DNA of 63,159 nucleotides, the filler included, from Octopus bimaculoides (lineage: Eukaryota): assembly GCF_001194135.2 (NCBI RefSeq). It is 5 parts of 5 records of this genome, joined end to end, with 100 filler letters (N's around TTAATTAATTAA, not from the genome) between each part and the next. Parts side by side here need not be neighbours in the genome. Positions count along the whole stretch, not along the records: positions 1 to 22,305 come from NC_068988.1; 4 more parts are not named here. One strand, given 5' to 3'. The notes beneath the pieces are model-generated. The model was not told the origin of the DNA, ran no database searches, and worked only from the letters and a program-made list of their open reading frames with translations. Position 1 is the first letter of the stretch, and the number at the start of each line of letters is the position of its first letter. Below are positions 1-12,395 of the stretch, piece after piece. The position numbers were made by a program, and so were the translations under genes.

Positions 1-1248
1 ATATATATATCCTACATACACATGTCATTAAAATTTTGTGTCCGTTCCAAATGCCGAGGTACATTCTTATATTTGCTTTTAATAACTGAAATATTTCTAC
101 ACGTAAACTTGTATGTAGTGAGATCGGATATTATATTTCTTACAATTCAATATAGCTTGGATGTTTTGTTCATTAATGCAGGGTCAGGAAAATCAACTAT
201 TTATTTATCTTCTTCAATTTAAAGAGAAAACGGAAGTGAACGTTATTGTGTAAGCGTTATCTTCTATCTAAAGAACATAATATTAGCTTACATTAGGAAT
301 GTGGTGAAATACCGAAGCCGAAACTTGATTTATGAGAGGCCACAAATTTGGAAGGATTCAAATTGAAAATGTTTTTATTAAGACAATTTGCTTCAAGCGT
401 TGTACCGTATATGGACATTATATATGTTATGATATTTTCCAATGGCAATAACATAAATTTTGTAGGAGTGAAATTTAACGTCAAATATTTATTTATTCAA
501 CTAATTCTTTCAAAATATTTATATATTTAATAATGTACAAAATTGTCTCCTAATTTAAACGAAATAAATCTAATTATCAGTCTATTCACTCAGGAAATGT
601 AATTTCTTTCTAAATTATAATATTTTACACAATAAATTAGCTGTATCACATGTTGTTGGATAAGCAGACGCACAAAAGCGCAAAGCAATAATATCTGTAC
701 GATATTTATGCTCAGATTTCAGTCTACGCTGGGGATGATTTTCTTTCTGAAGTCGAAAATATAAGTACCAGTCATACACCAGTTCAATTTAAATAACAGC
801 ACCCCACCCTTAAACTATGTGGTTTGCTTTCTAAATATTAAGTTATAATAACTCCCAATATAGATATTATTAAACCTAATTCGTCTTTGTATAATCATAT
901 GACGAAAAGCAAACGTAATTCTGATCTGATTTAAAATTAAAGGAGAGAAATATCGAATTAGTTTCTTTAATACAGCTAGCCTTATATTGATTCCTGTTCT
1001 CTTTATAAACCACTAAGAGGCAATATTTGTTTCTTGTGGCTTAGGCGCATGTTAGAAAACACTTTGAAGATGATTGATTGACGTAGGCAATAGTATAAAA
1101 TACATCAAGGCCCGATAAAGAAACAACTGTTTAAAAAGTTATTGTTTTGAAAAACCAGCTTCATTAAAATCATAACATATTTCAAAGACATATTATTGTA
1201 TTATTGATTTCTTTTGTGTCCTTTCTTTCACGATCCTTACTACTTCAG

Positions 1249-1293
1249 CGATCATGACGCCTACATAGTCACTGACCCAAATCAATGGAACCG
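1249..1293 (+). other. Candidate 45-nt internal coding exon (DHDAYIVTDPNQWNR), product unknown
   Basis: Long pyrimidine tract ending TTCAG, donor CCG|GTAAAG, one open frame. No homology recognised. Confidence 0.25.
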
Positions 1294-2196
1294 GTAAAGT
1301 ATTTCTCTGGTGTCTGTAAACATGACAGCCATATATGACTGTTCCTCACAATTTTTGATGTCGGTTGGAAAATGATTTCTTTGATAACATAAATGTGGAT
1401 TTCTAGTTTAAGTTGAAGGTCATACTTTACCAGGAAACAGTGTAATCAATTTGATCCTTCCTAGTAAGCATTTACCATCTATTTTATCGATCTTGGTAGA
1501 TGAAAGCGAATTCACTTTAAGTTTAATTCATAAAAAACAATATATAAAATGATAACAATAAAGCCATTTCAAATATAATTGACATCTTGAATGCACAGAT
1601 TATCACCGCCATATTCCCTGTAATACTTGACTACAGGGTCACTAGGTCACTAGGTAACTGGGTCACAGGATCTACTAGGACCCTGCGATAGAGTTTTATA
1701 ATGTGTACCAAGCTGAAGTACTCATAGAAAACTCCATATGTCTAAAAAGTACTTACATCTTCTGAATTCGTGGGCATAACTAACTCTGTTAGTTATTTGT
1801 GTAATAAACAAACCCAGAGGATATACCGTTAAGTAATAGTAACATACAAAAAGGACTGTTTTGCAAGGCTTTCAAGACTGGTAGGGGAAAGATAAAACCG
1901 GGTCGATATGCTTACAACAGAGTAGATTCCATCAACAAAACGCAATTTGTTGTAAAGGTATAACACAGGGCAACAGATAAAATATATGAACCTGGAGCAT
2001 ATGAGGTTCATGTTTACACAGGCGGTTTACACAGTTTCCGCTAACACAGTTTTACTCTTATAGATTGAGCTGAGTCAGTGTTCGAAGGTCTTTCCTGAAG
2101 ATGACACGAAGTAAAATTAAACGCTGAATCATAAAATGTGACGTAGATGAAACAAGCATATGAAATATTAAAAAAAATTGTCACTGAGTATAAGTT

Positions 2197-2227
<31 letters not shown>

Positions 2228-2395
2228 GCTTAAAAATACATAAATAAGTCTTATCAGATCTAATAAAAGATAAGATAGACATATTTCTGTCGCTTACATG
2301 AATGAACAAAACCAGAAACCTGGAGTAGTGTACTGAATCTTCAACCTCATACAAATCATTGAATTCTGTTATGTGTAATGACCTAGAAACACATG

Positions 2396-2430
<35 letters not shown>

Positions 2431-2603
2431 GCGCGCACTCATATGCACACATGTTCACAATGCGTTTGGTTCTATTTCTTATGGATGGTAGAGATAACAA
2501 ATAAAGCATGCGTAACAATTTTTCGAGTTGTGAGTCGCATAAGACACGATTCATCATGAGGTGGTCTGCACTATTAAAAATTTGAAGGTAATTATTTGTT
2601 TAG

Positions 2604-2645
2604 GCGTGTCGTTCAGAAATTCCCACTAGCAGCTGTCAGCTTACG
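2604..2645 (+). other. Candidate 42-nt exon (RVVQKFPLAAVSLR in the phase compatible with 1249-1293)
   Basis: Acceptor TTTGTTTAG, donor ACG|GTAGGT, phase 2-2 open frame. Confidence 0.2.
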
Positions 2646-2825
2646 GTAGGTATAATTAACACCTACATATATACATTCACACAGACATTAAACATACACA
2701 CACACATATACACCNNNNNNNNNNNNNNNNNNNNNNNNNNNNNNNNNNNNNNNNNNNNNNNNNNNNNNNNNNNNNNNNNNNNNNNNNNNNNNNNNNNNNN
2801 NNNNNNNNNNNNNNNNNNNNNNNNN

Positions 2826-2863
<38 letters not shown>

Positions 2864-3454
2864 GATATAATATATTAATATGTATACAGATATAATGTAT
2901 AAATATATATACATGTGAGAAGATGTGTATGAATATGTATGGAAATGACGGCGTATGAAAGAGAGACGGACAGAGAGAGACAGAGAGCAGCAAAAGTAGA
3001 AACAGAGATTTCAGAGAAAGACAGGCACAAGCACACATGTGTACTGAGATTCCTCGCTCATATATTGCTGTATATAAGTACACATTTTCTAAATGTAACT
3101 CTGCGTCAAGGTTTTACATGATTCCCGTCACTAGTTTCAGAGATTTGTTTGTTTAAAAATCTAAGTCGTCTTTAGCCAACACTAACCTTTCAGAGCAACA
3201 CCGTTCATCTTCTCTGAGATCTTCTAAACATATTTCTTGACATTGGTAAACAAAATAAAGATTAAAGATATACATGAATATGTGAGGGTGTTCTAATTGT
3301 GTATTCGTCAATAAATAAGTTGCAGCCCCATAGATACATACATGCACAGACGCACACACTCATACATACGCACGTACGCACACACAAACACACACGTACA
3401 CACATATATACATATATATTTTTTATTTTCCTTATATATATCCTACTTTCTCCT

Positions 3455-3600
3455 TGGACTTTCCTCTTTCTGACGAAGAGCTATACTCGAAACGTTAACA
3501 ACTCTCTCCTTTCATCGAACGTCAAATTAATATATTACTTGTGCACGTTCTCACGTTTGCTTTTTTCCTCTCTTCTCCGTTTTAAATTGTCTGTTCATTG
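3455..3600 (+). mobile_element. Penelope-like element 3' terminal (pLTR) fragment with degenerate hammerhead motif
   Basis: TCTTT CTGACGA A GAG-CTATA-CTC GAAAC GTT followed by a T-rich tail and a TA microsatellite. Same layout at 23030, 44640 and 54410. Confidence 0.65.
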
Positions 3601-3607
3601 AATTGAC

Positions 3608-3654
<47 letters not shown>

Positions 3655-3667
3655 GTACATATATTTG

Positions 3668-3705
<38 letters not shown>

Positions 3706-3707
<2 letters not shown>

Positions 3708-4026
3708 CGCAGGAGTGGCTGTGTGGTAGGTAGCTAGCTTACCAACCACATGGTTCCGGATTCAGTCCCACACCGTCGCATCTTGGGTAAGTGTCTTCTA
3801 CTATAGCCTCGGGTCAACCAAAGCCTTGTGAGTGATTTGGTAGACGGAAACTGAAGACCATCGTATATATATGTGTGTGTGTGTTTGTATCTTTGTATCT
3901 GTTTTTGTCCCCTACTAGAGCTTGACAACCGGTGTTAGTGTGTTTACGTTCCTTAATTCAGTGTTTCGGTAAAAGTGGCCAATTTAATAAGGACCTAGGT
4001 TTGAAAAAGTAAATATGTACTGGGGT
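3706..4026 (+). mobile_element. Octopus tRNA-derived SINE, family A (GGCGCAGGAGTGGCTGTGTGGTAAG head), near full length
   Basis: A/B-box-like head, central (TA)n(TG)n, 3' half. At least 9 related copies or fragments in the window. Confidence 0.9.
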
Positions 4027-4585
4027 ACATATTTACTTTTTACTCTCTCTTGGGTACATAAGAATTGGTATTGATTTTAGTGACTGGATTGCGGTCATAC
4101 CAAAGCAATGCTTTCCGGTAATTATTTTTCATATCAACAGCAATCATTTAAAGTGGTAAATCTTAAATTTGGAGGGAATGTAAATGAATATTGAAATAGT
4201 GCTTCCTTTATTGAACCCCCAAATGTGAAAGTTAAAATAGGCTTTGGATGGAATTGAACCGTAACTAGATATAGCAATATATTTTGCCAGATGTAGTTGC
4301 AATTCTTCAGTTTTATTAATATTGTGTTTATTTATATTATCATTAATAATATAGTTAACCACTATGTAATTGGATTTAAAAAAAAGTACATATAAACATC
4401 ACCGCATTTTAATATTCAATTTCTAAATGAAAAGACAATTGTGGTATGTCAATATTGCCATATTTTCAGTAAGCAACAAGGAATTGTGGGAATAATTTCG
4501 CAATTGATATATTACAAAATCACGCACACGTGTTTGTATATATGTACATGTATGCGCACGCATGTGGGAATATATGTATGTACAT

Positions 4586-4966
4586 GTTGGCACTCCGTCG
4601 TTTACGACGTCGAGGGTTCCAGTTGATCCGATCAACAGAACAGCCTGCTCGTGAAATTAACGTGCAAGTGGCTGAGCACTCCACAGACACGTGTACCCTT
4701 AACGTAGTTCTCGGGGATATTCAGCGTAACACAGCGTGACAAGGCTGACCCTTTGAATTAGAGGCACAACAGAAACTGGAAGTAAGAGTGAGAGAAAGTT
4801 GTGGTGAAAGAGTACAGCAGGGTTCGCTACCATCCCCTGCCAGAGCCTCGTGGAGCTTTAGGTGTTTTCGTTCAATAAATACTCACAACGCCCGGTCTGG
4901 GAATCGAAACCGCGATCCTATGACCGCGAGTCCGCTGTCCTAACCACTGGGCCATTGCGCCTCCAC
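4586..4966 (-). mobile_element. Octopus tRNA-derived SINE, family D, full length
   Basis: Minus strand begins GTGGAGGCGCAATGGCCCAGTGGTTAGG (A box) ... GGTTTCGATTCCC (B box). Its 3' part matches remnants at 29190-29635. Confidence 0.88.
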
Positions 4967-4974
4967 TTGTATGT

Positions 4975-5019
<45 letters not shown>

Positions 5020-5446
5020 GGTCGAAAGTATCGGATGGTGGAAAGTATATTTAACTCTGGGGCTCAAGAGCAGGTAAAGGGCATCCAAAGCTAGAGAGGT
5101 AAATGCAGATGCAGACATGTCCAAGAAAGGTACGGCAGGAAAGAATGTCAGAGCACAAGGATATGGAACAAATGATGCCGGGTGTCCTGTCAACTTTTGT
5201 AGCAATTCAACCAGCACACCCTTTAAATTAGTACTGGATGTTGTCACCAGTGGGATTTGAACTCAGAATATAACGAGCCAGAATATATACCCTGGGGCAT
5301 ATTTTTTTCCAAGGTTCAAATGACTATTCCAGTTGACCACCTATATGCAGTATTGATGCAAAGTCTTGGTGTGATGTTCTGTTTCGTGTTATTCACTGAG
5401 TTTTTGAGAGACATTTGACAAGCGTCGGTACAATAGTAACAAACTG

Positions 5447-5790
5447 AAATATCAGTGAAATAGATGGAAAGAGAAAAGCTAATGCTATAGAAACAAAGAG
5501 AAAAATCAATGCAATAGCAACGAAGAGGAACACTATCACAGTTGCAACACCATTGGAATAGCAAGAAAAGGAAACACTAGTGCAATAGCAACAAATACAA
5601 ACATCAGCACAAAATATGACGAAGACAAACGTCAACACAACAGCAGGGGAGAAAAACTTCAGAGTAATAGCAACGAAGAGAAACGCCAAAAAATAGCAAC
5701 GAAGAGAAACGCCAAAAAAATAGCAACAGAGAGGTAAACCAGTTGAATAGCAGCGAAATGAAATATCAGTGCAATAGCGACAAAAGGAAA
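5447..5790. repeat. Degenerate 27-bp minisatellite (consensus ~AAATATCAGTGCAATAGCAACGAAGAG)
   Basis: About 12-13 diverged units recognisable by eye. Confidence 0.75.
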
Positions 5791-5904
5791 AAAAAGATGA
5801 AGATAAGGTTTAATAATGAAATTTTAAAATGTAATCCCATCATAGTGGTGAATATATTATTGTGTTTCAGAAAACGTGATATTGTTTCGATTTATCCATT
5901 TAAT

Positions 5905-5906
5905 GA

Positions 5907-5981
<75 letters not shown>

Positions 5982-6033
5982 CACTACCAGCAGCACTACT
6001 ACTACTACTACTACTACTACCAGCAGCACTACA

Positions 6034-6068
<35 letters not shown>

Positions 6069-6141
6069 CACCACCACCACCACCACTACCACCACCACCA
6101 CTACTACTACCACCACCACCACCACCACCACNNNNNNNNNN

Positions 6142-6210
<69 letters not shown>

Positions 6211-6220
6211 GCTGCTGCCG
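5905..6220. repeat. Compound (ACT)n/(ACC)n microsatellite
   Basis: Direct reading; interrupted by a 10-N gap. Confidence 0.97.
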
Positions 6221-6570
6221 CTGCTACTTCAGAGATACCTCATAATTTTCTTGTTATTGTAGATAGGGGAAATATCGTAGATTATATATCATGGACCGGT
6301 GTGTTAACGTCAAACATACTCTTAATGTTTGTTGTAATCGATCTTTGTTGCCCTATAATTTAGCGAATTATATTGTTGATGGTGGGTGTAAGTGTGTGTG
6401 ACAAAATGTTTATGAGCATATATATAATATATACATAAATCTACACATATACATACGTCCATATATGCCTACACACGCATATATATATGCCTACATAATA
6501 CATATATATATATATAGATATATACACACATGTATGCATACATACATACAAACATATATTACGAGCATCC

Positions 6571-6609
<39 letters not shown>

Positions 6610-6681
6610 CGTGCACGTGTGTGTGCACGTCTGTATGTATATTTACACGTACATACATATATATATGAATATATGCATATA

Positions 6682-6751
<70 letters not shown>

Positions 6752-6786
6752 TGTGTGTGTATATATATATATATATTTATATATAG

Positions 6787-6817
<31 letters not shown>

Positions 6818-8434
6818 CGTGTGTGTGTATGCATGTATATACATGTATAGCAAGGCAAATATTCGTTGCTGATCGGTAACATAGAAAAATTATATATTTA
6901 CGTTAAGGACAAAGTATACAAGCACAGAAACTGCATAGAATCTCAAAACAAATACATACACACATGCAATCCCATTTCTGTATATGCCTAAGTGTCTGTG
7001 AATGATTACATTGTGTGTATGTCGCGGGATCTCTACATTTGTGTGTGTATTATGTGTATTTCTGTGTGTTTCGTCATCCACTCCAACCGAAATTTCAAAA
7101 CATACACAATTTGTTGTATATCGCATCCAGACCACTCACTTTTAACACTCTCAGACACACATATGCACACGGACACAAACAAGTTTGCGAGTGTGTGTAT
7201 ATGTGTTCGTGCGTGTGTAAGTTGACTGAAAATGATATGAGTTTATAATGTGTATAATAATTTGAATAACACAACCAAAGATATTTGCCTATCCCACGTT
7301 AACTCGTGCAATATCTCCATGTATGTTTGGTTATTGGAATGTCTCTTTTAGTTTTAGTCATGTGAAACGACTCAAATAAGGTAACAGTTAGGTTGTTTAT
7401 TATGTTCATTAAATATCTTATGTTTATACTAGTAGTCGTGGTTGTTTCTCATCGAGAGACTGTGCAACAGTAGACGTGTCTACTGAGGAACATTACAGCC
7501 GAATAGCTTAACTAAAAATAAGTAGCGACTAACGTAAATATGCACAAATGCGCATCTTCTTCTACGCTCATGTCATGTAATACAATTTTTTCTAAATAAG
7601 AAAAAAGTGGTGGAGGTAAATCTGCTTTCTTTATTTGTTTAGTTCCAACAGTTCCTAACGACGAGAGATATCGCACATGCTGATGGTCAGAGATGTCAAA
7701 GTCACTAGATGTTAGATCTTAGTTTCATTCAGTATGATGGACATATTCATTGTAATTGCTTACAGTAGGGCAGTGTTTAGTGACCTCATTTATTGCTTCA
7801 GGTCATCAGGACCTTGCCTCCCAGAAGTCACGTGTTCATTTCGCTCTTGTTGATAGTACCTCTTATGGGTTTCTGACCAGGATTATGCAAGTTCACTTTC
7901 GAGTAAATACTCTTGCAAACAAGACTAGAGAATACCAACAAGACTAGAGGATAAATGTCGGAATAAATTTGCAGGTGCTGTGGTATAGGATTGACATTCT
8001 TCCGGTGACCCTTGCTTACAGCTAGAGACTTCAGTTTTCAAAATGTTAGCAAACATGCAATGACTGTTACAAGACAGAGTATAGTAGTATAGTCACTGCA
8101 GACACTGCATCTCAACACCTAACTGACGAACAGCGTAAAACTCTAAACAATATATATATANNNNNNNNNNNNNNNNNNNNNNNNNNNNNNNNNNNNNNNN
8201 NNNNNNNNNNNNNNNNNNNNNNNNNNNNNNNNNNNNNNNNNNNNNNNNNNNNNNNNNNNNNNNNNNNNNNNNNNNNNNNNNNNNNNNNNNNNNNNNNNNN
8301 NNNNNNNNNNNNNNNNNNNNNNNNNNNNNNNNNNNNNNNNNNNNNNNNNNNNNNNNNNNNNNNNNNNNNNNNNNNNNNNNNNNNNNNNNNNNNNNNNNNN
8401 NNNNNNNNNNNNNNNNNNNNNNNNNNNNNNNNNN

Positions 8435-8468
<34 letters not shown>

Positions 8469-8509
8469 TATATATATTCACAGGTACACACACATGCATT
8501 GCATATATA

Positions 8510-9575
8510 GAGTGGGAGGCAATAAATATTCGTACATGTCAAAATTCTTTATTTATTTAATTTCTAATGAACATAAATGGGAAATGCCAATACGTGAGTT
8601 GCATACACATGCATAAACTAAGAATATTCAAAAGAAACTAATAAATTATAGTAACTAATGAATTTATGTACAATTATAAATATTTAGGGGTGAAAAAAGT
8701 ATTCGTACAGAACATAAATAACTGATAATTCTGATTTAATACTTCGTAGCATAACCATTATTCAGTTCCACTTCAACCAATCTCTTCTTGTAGTTCTTAA
8801 TGATTCGCATGTTTCTTTAGGAATATTCCCAATTCTTCTGGAATGCACGTTGGGGCTCTTGAATGAATTTTAATTTTCAAATAACGCCACATATTCAATG
8901 GGGTTCAAGTCAGGTGACTTGCTTGGCCATTCTAATAATTTTATATTGTGATTGACAATCCATTTCTTGGCAGACTTCGCCTTGTGCTTAGGGTCGTTAT
9001 CCTGTTGTGAACCCCACTCTTCACAAAACTGGAGCTTTTCTACAGAGTCCCATAAATTATTGTTCAAAATATTTTGGTACATCTCTGCATTCATTCTACC
9101 ATCTATCACGTGTAAATTGCCAGTGCCATTTGCAGAGAAACAGCCTCACACCATGATGTTGGCACCTCCAAACTTTACAATAGGAATTGTGTTTTTCGGT
9201 GAATAGGCCGTACCATCTTTCCTCCAAACAAGGCTATGCGAATTTCATTCAAACAATTCAATTTTTGACTCGTCTGTCCATAGAACATTTTTCCAGAATG
9301 TATAAGATCTATCTTTATGTTCATAAACAAAATTTAAACCAGCATCTCTATGCCTCTTAGTCAACAGCGGAGTTTTTCTATGAGAGTGTGACCTCAGTTG
9401 ATTCCTATGAAGTTCATTGTTGATTGTTCATAGTGTAATACTAGTCCCTGAAGCTAAAAGATCTTCTTGCGTTTTTTCCGATTCTTCGCTTCATTTTTCT
9501 GAAAGATCTAGGGGAAATCTTGCGTGGTGCACCGGATCTTATTCTAATTTCAACAGTTCCCGACTTTTTATATCT
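8510..9575 (-). mobile_element. Tc1-family DNA transposon relic: transposase pseudogene ~8737-9575 plus one ~200-bp terminal repeat
   Basis: Minus-strand translation gives RSGAPRKIS, RKTPLLTKRH, WKNVLWTDESKIELF, VKFGGANIMV, QQDNDPKH, WPSKSPDLNPIE and GYATKY*, with stops and frameshifts. The 5' end is missing. Confidence 0.95.
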
Positions 9576-9746
9576 TTGAATAAATGAAGATATGGTAGAA
9601 ATATGTAAATTATGTATGATATGGTAGAAATATGTAAATTATAGTACGAAATAGCAACTATACTTATGAAGATAATATAGTAGTTTATCTTTGGAAGATT
9701 TATGATGTGTACTGATGTAATTGAAAAGTTTCTAATCGTGTGCGTA

Positions 9747-10075
9747 GGCGCAGGAGTGGCTGTGTGGTAAGTAGCTTGCTTGCCAACCATATGGTTCCGG
9801 GTTCCGTCCCACTGCGTGTCATCTTGGGCACGTGTCTTCTACTATAGCCTCGGGCCGACCAAAGCCTTGTGAGTGGATTTGGTAGACGGAAGCTGAAAGA
9901 AGTCCGTCGTATATATGTATATATATGTGTGTGTGTGTATGTTTGTGTGTTTGTGTTTGTCCCCCTAGCATTGCTTGACTAAAGGCGGTGCTCGATATGC
10001 TCAACTAAAGGCGGTGCTCCAGCATGGCCGGAGTCAAAAGACTGAAACAAGTAAAAGAGAGTAAAAAAAAAGAGA
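9747..10075 (+). mobile_element. SINE family A with an internal deletion in the 3' half
   Basis: Intact head and GTAAAAGAG tail; about 100 bp missing after GCTTGAC. Confidence 0.92.
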
Positions 10076-11184
10076 GTCGTGTCACTCTCGGTTATTTGAA
10101 TAGAAGGATTGCACTAACCAATATGTCCTTCGATATTTTGTTACATCGGCAGAGTATGATATTAAAGTGTTTTGTCTGCTATTTCTAGAAAGATTCGATA
10201 TTTTTGTGTTTCTGCTATGTGACTTATAGCATAAAGAAACTGTTTCAGTATGGTCGGGATCGTAATGACTAAAATTAAAAAAAAGGAAAGAAAACTCACA
10301 AACACATTATCAATCTCTCTCTGTCTATCTTTCACACATAGAGGGTCAGTCGCACACACGGATACACACACACACGATAATGTCAGTGTCATAATGTTTA
10401 TATCGATGTTTATATACGATGGGCTTATACAAAACGGTATTAATATTGCTGGCGTTGAAGAAGCCAGAAGTTGCAGGATTAACTCATATCGCAATCAATA
10501 GATGTAATAACGACCATTGTGCTAACAGTTGCATGTCAATTGTTATTAAACCTCGTGATACGGGAGTATCAGGTATTCTTGTTTGATTATCTCTGTAGCA
10601 GTGGTAAATAGGAAACTCTAGACTGTTCTATAAAGAGACATTTCAGAGAGCAGAACTTCAATAGACGCAGCAAGGATCAATACTATAACTAAATCAGATG
10701 CTGTAAAACGTTCAAACTGCTTACTCAGATGTTACCTTGTTAAGTGTCAGTAAAATTTTACAGTGAAATAATTTATTATAAGGCATCTGTTCCATGAGAG
10801 TAACCTTGTGATTGAAAACCGCGAACGGTATGATCAAAGTTGCTACCCACACGTAGGAGAATAACGTACCAGAGCATGCTATCGGATATAGAGTCTTCGA
10901 GACACTGATGGTAATTTCTTATCTGAGATATTGCTAAACATACAAACACACAAGCACATACACACACATACTCATACACACACATAAACACACGCATATG
11001 AATACACTTATATATATGCATAGATATCTACAAAAACATGTCTCCATATACACATATATGTTTCAATGTTTGTATCTATGCACGTAGGTATATATCTACA
11101 TATTCATCTATTCATCCGTCTAACTATCTCTCTGATTCTGTCTCTGCCTCTCTGCATGTTTGTTTGTGTCTGTCTGTCCGTTTA

Positions 11185-11237
11185 CCTACCTACCTACCTA
11201 CCTACCTACCTACCTACCTACCTACCTACCTATTTAC

Positions 11238-11313
<76 letters not shown>

Positions 11314-11315
11314 TT
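11185..11315. repeat. (CCTA)n(TCTA)n compound microsatellite
   Basis: Direct reading. Confidence 0.97.
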
Positions 11316-11466
11316 ATCTATATTCAGTATATTATGCATATATAAATATTTCAAATATACAATGTATTGTATAAATTGTGTATATTATCTAAAGTGCAAA
11401 TGTTCTATATATATAAATATAATAGTTTACATACGTATAATATGTACGTGTGATATATACATACAC

Positions 11467-11528
<62 letters not shown>

Positions 11529-12136
11529 NNNNNNNNNNNNNNNNNNNNNNNNNNNNNNNNNNNNNNNNNNNNNNNNNNNNNNNNNNNNNNNNNNNNNNNN
11601 NNNNNNNNNNNNNNNNNNNNNNNNNNNNNNNNNNNNNNNNNNNNNNNNNNNNNNNNNNNNNNNNNNNNNNNNNNNNNNNNNNNNNNNNNNNNNNNNNNNN
11701 NNNNNNNNNNNNNNNNNNNNNNNNNNNNNNNNNNNNNNNNNNNNNNNNNNNNNNNNNNNNNNNNNNNNNNNNNNNNNNNNNNNNNNNNNNNNNNNNNNNN
11801 NNNNNNNNNNNNNNNNNNNNNNNNNNNNNNNNNNNNNNNNNNNNNNNNNNNNNNNNNNNNNNNNNNNNNNNNNNNNNNNNNNNNNNNNNNNNNNNNNNNN
11901 NNNNNNNNNNNNNNNNNNNNNNNNNNNNNNNNNNNNNNNNNNNNNNNNNNNNNNNNNNNNNNNNNNNNNNNNNNNNNNNNNNNNNNNNNNNNNNNNNNNN
12001 NNNNNNNNNNNNNNNNNNNNNNNNNNNNNNNNNNNNNNNNNNNNNNNNNNNNNNNNNNNNNNNNNNNNNNNNNNNNNNNNNNNNNNNNNNNNNNNNNNNN
12101 NNNNNNNNNNNNNNNNNNNNNNNNNNNNNNNNNNNN

Positions 12137-12170
<34 letters not shown>

Positions 12171-12226
12171 GTATGCATGTATGTATGTATGTATGTATCA
12201 AAAGTAATAAAGTTAATGTATTGTTA

Positions 12227-12290
12227 TAGAGTGTCCAATGGTTTCGCATCCGCAAAAGCTGTAGCTTCGTGGAGAACTCATCAGATTCTA
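12227..12290 (-). ncRNA. Type I hammerhead-ribozyme-like motif with A16.1 (GAC triplet)
   Basis: UAGAAU-CUGAUGA-G...long stem II hairpin...C-GAAA-CCAUUGG-A-C-ACUCUA. Helix I pairs at 5 of 6 positions. Confidence 0.6.
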
Positions 12291-12304
12291 GTACGAAGAC
12301 AAAA

Positions 12305-12340
<36 letters not shown>

Positions 12341-12341
12341 A

Positions 12342-12395
<54 letters not shown>

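Noticed and set aside
1807-2043. ~78-codon plus frame with one internal stop (…FKTGRGKIKPGRYAYN…GAYEVHVYTGG)
   Set aside because: No recognisable family, no start codon and no convincing splice pair.
5743-6363. Long ORFs of poly-T/L/P/V, poly-HT/YI/CV or X throughout the ORF track (for example 5743-6363, 31533-32332, 51557-52894)
   Set aside because: These are translations of microsatellites and N gaps, not genes.
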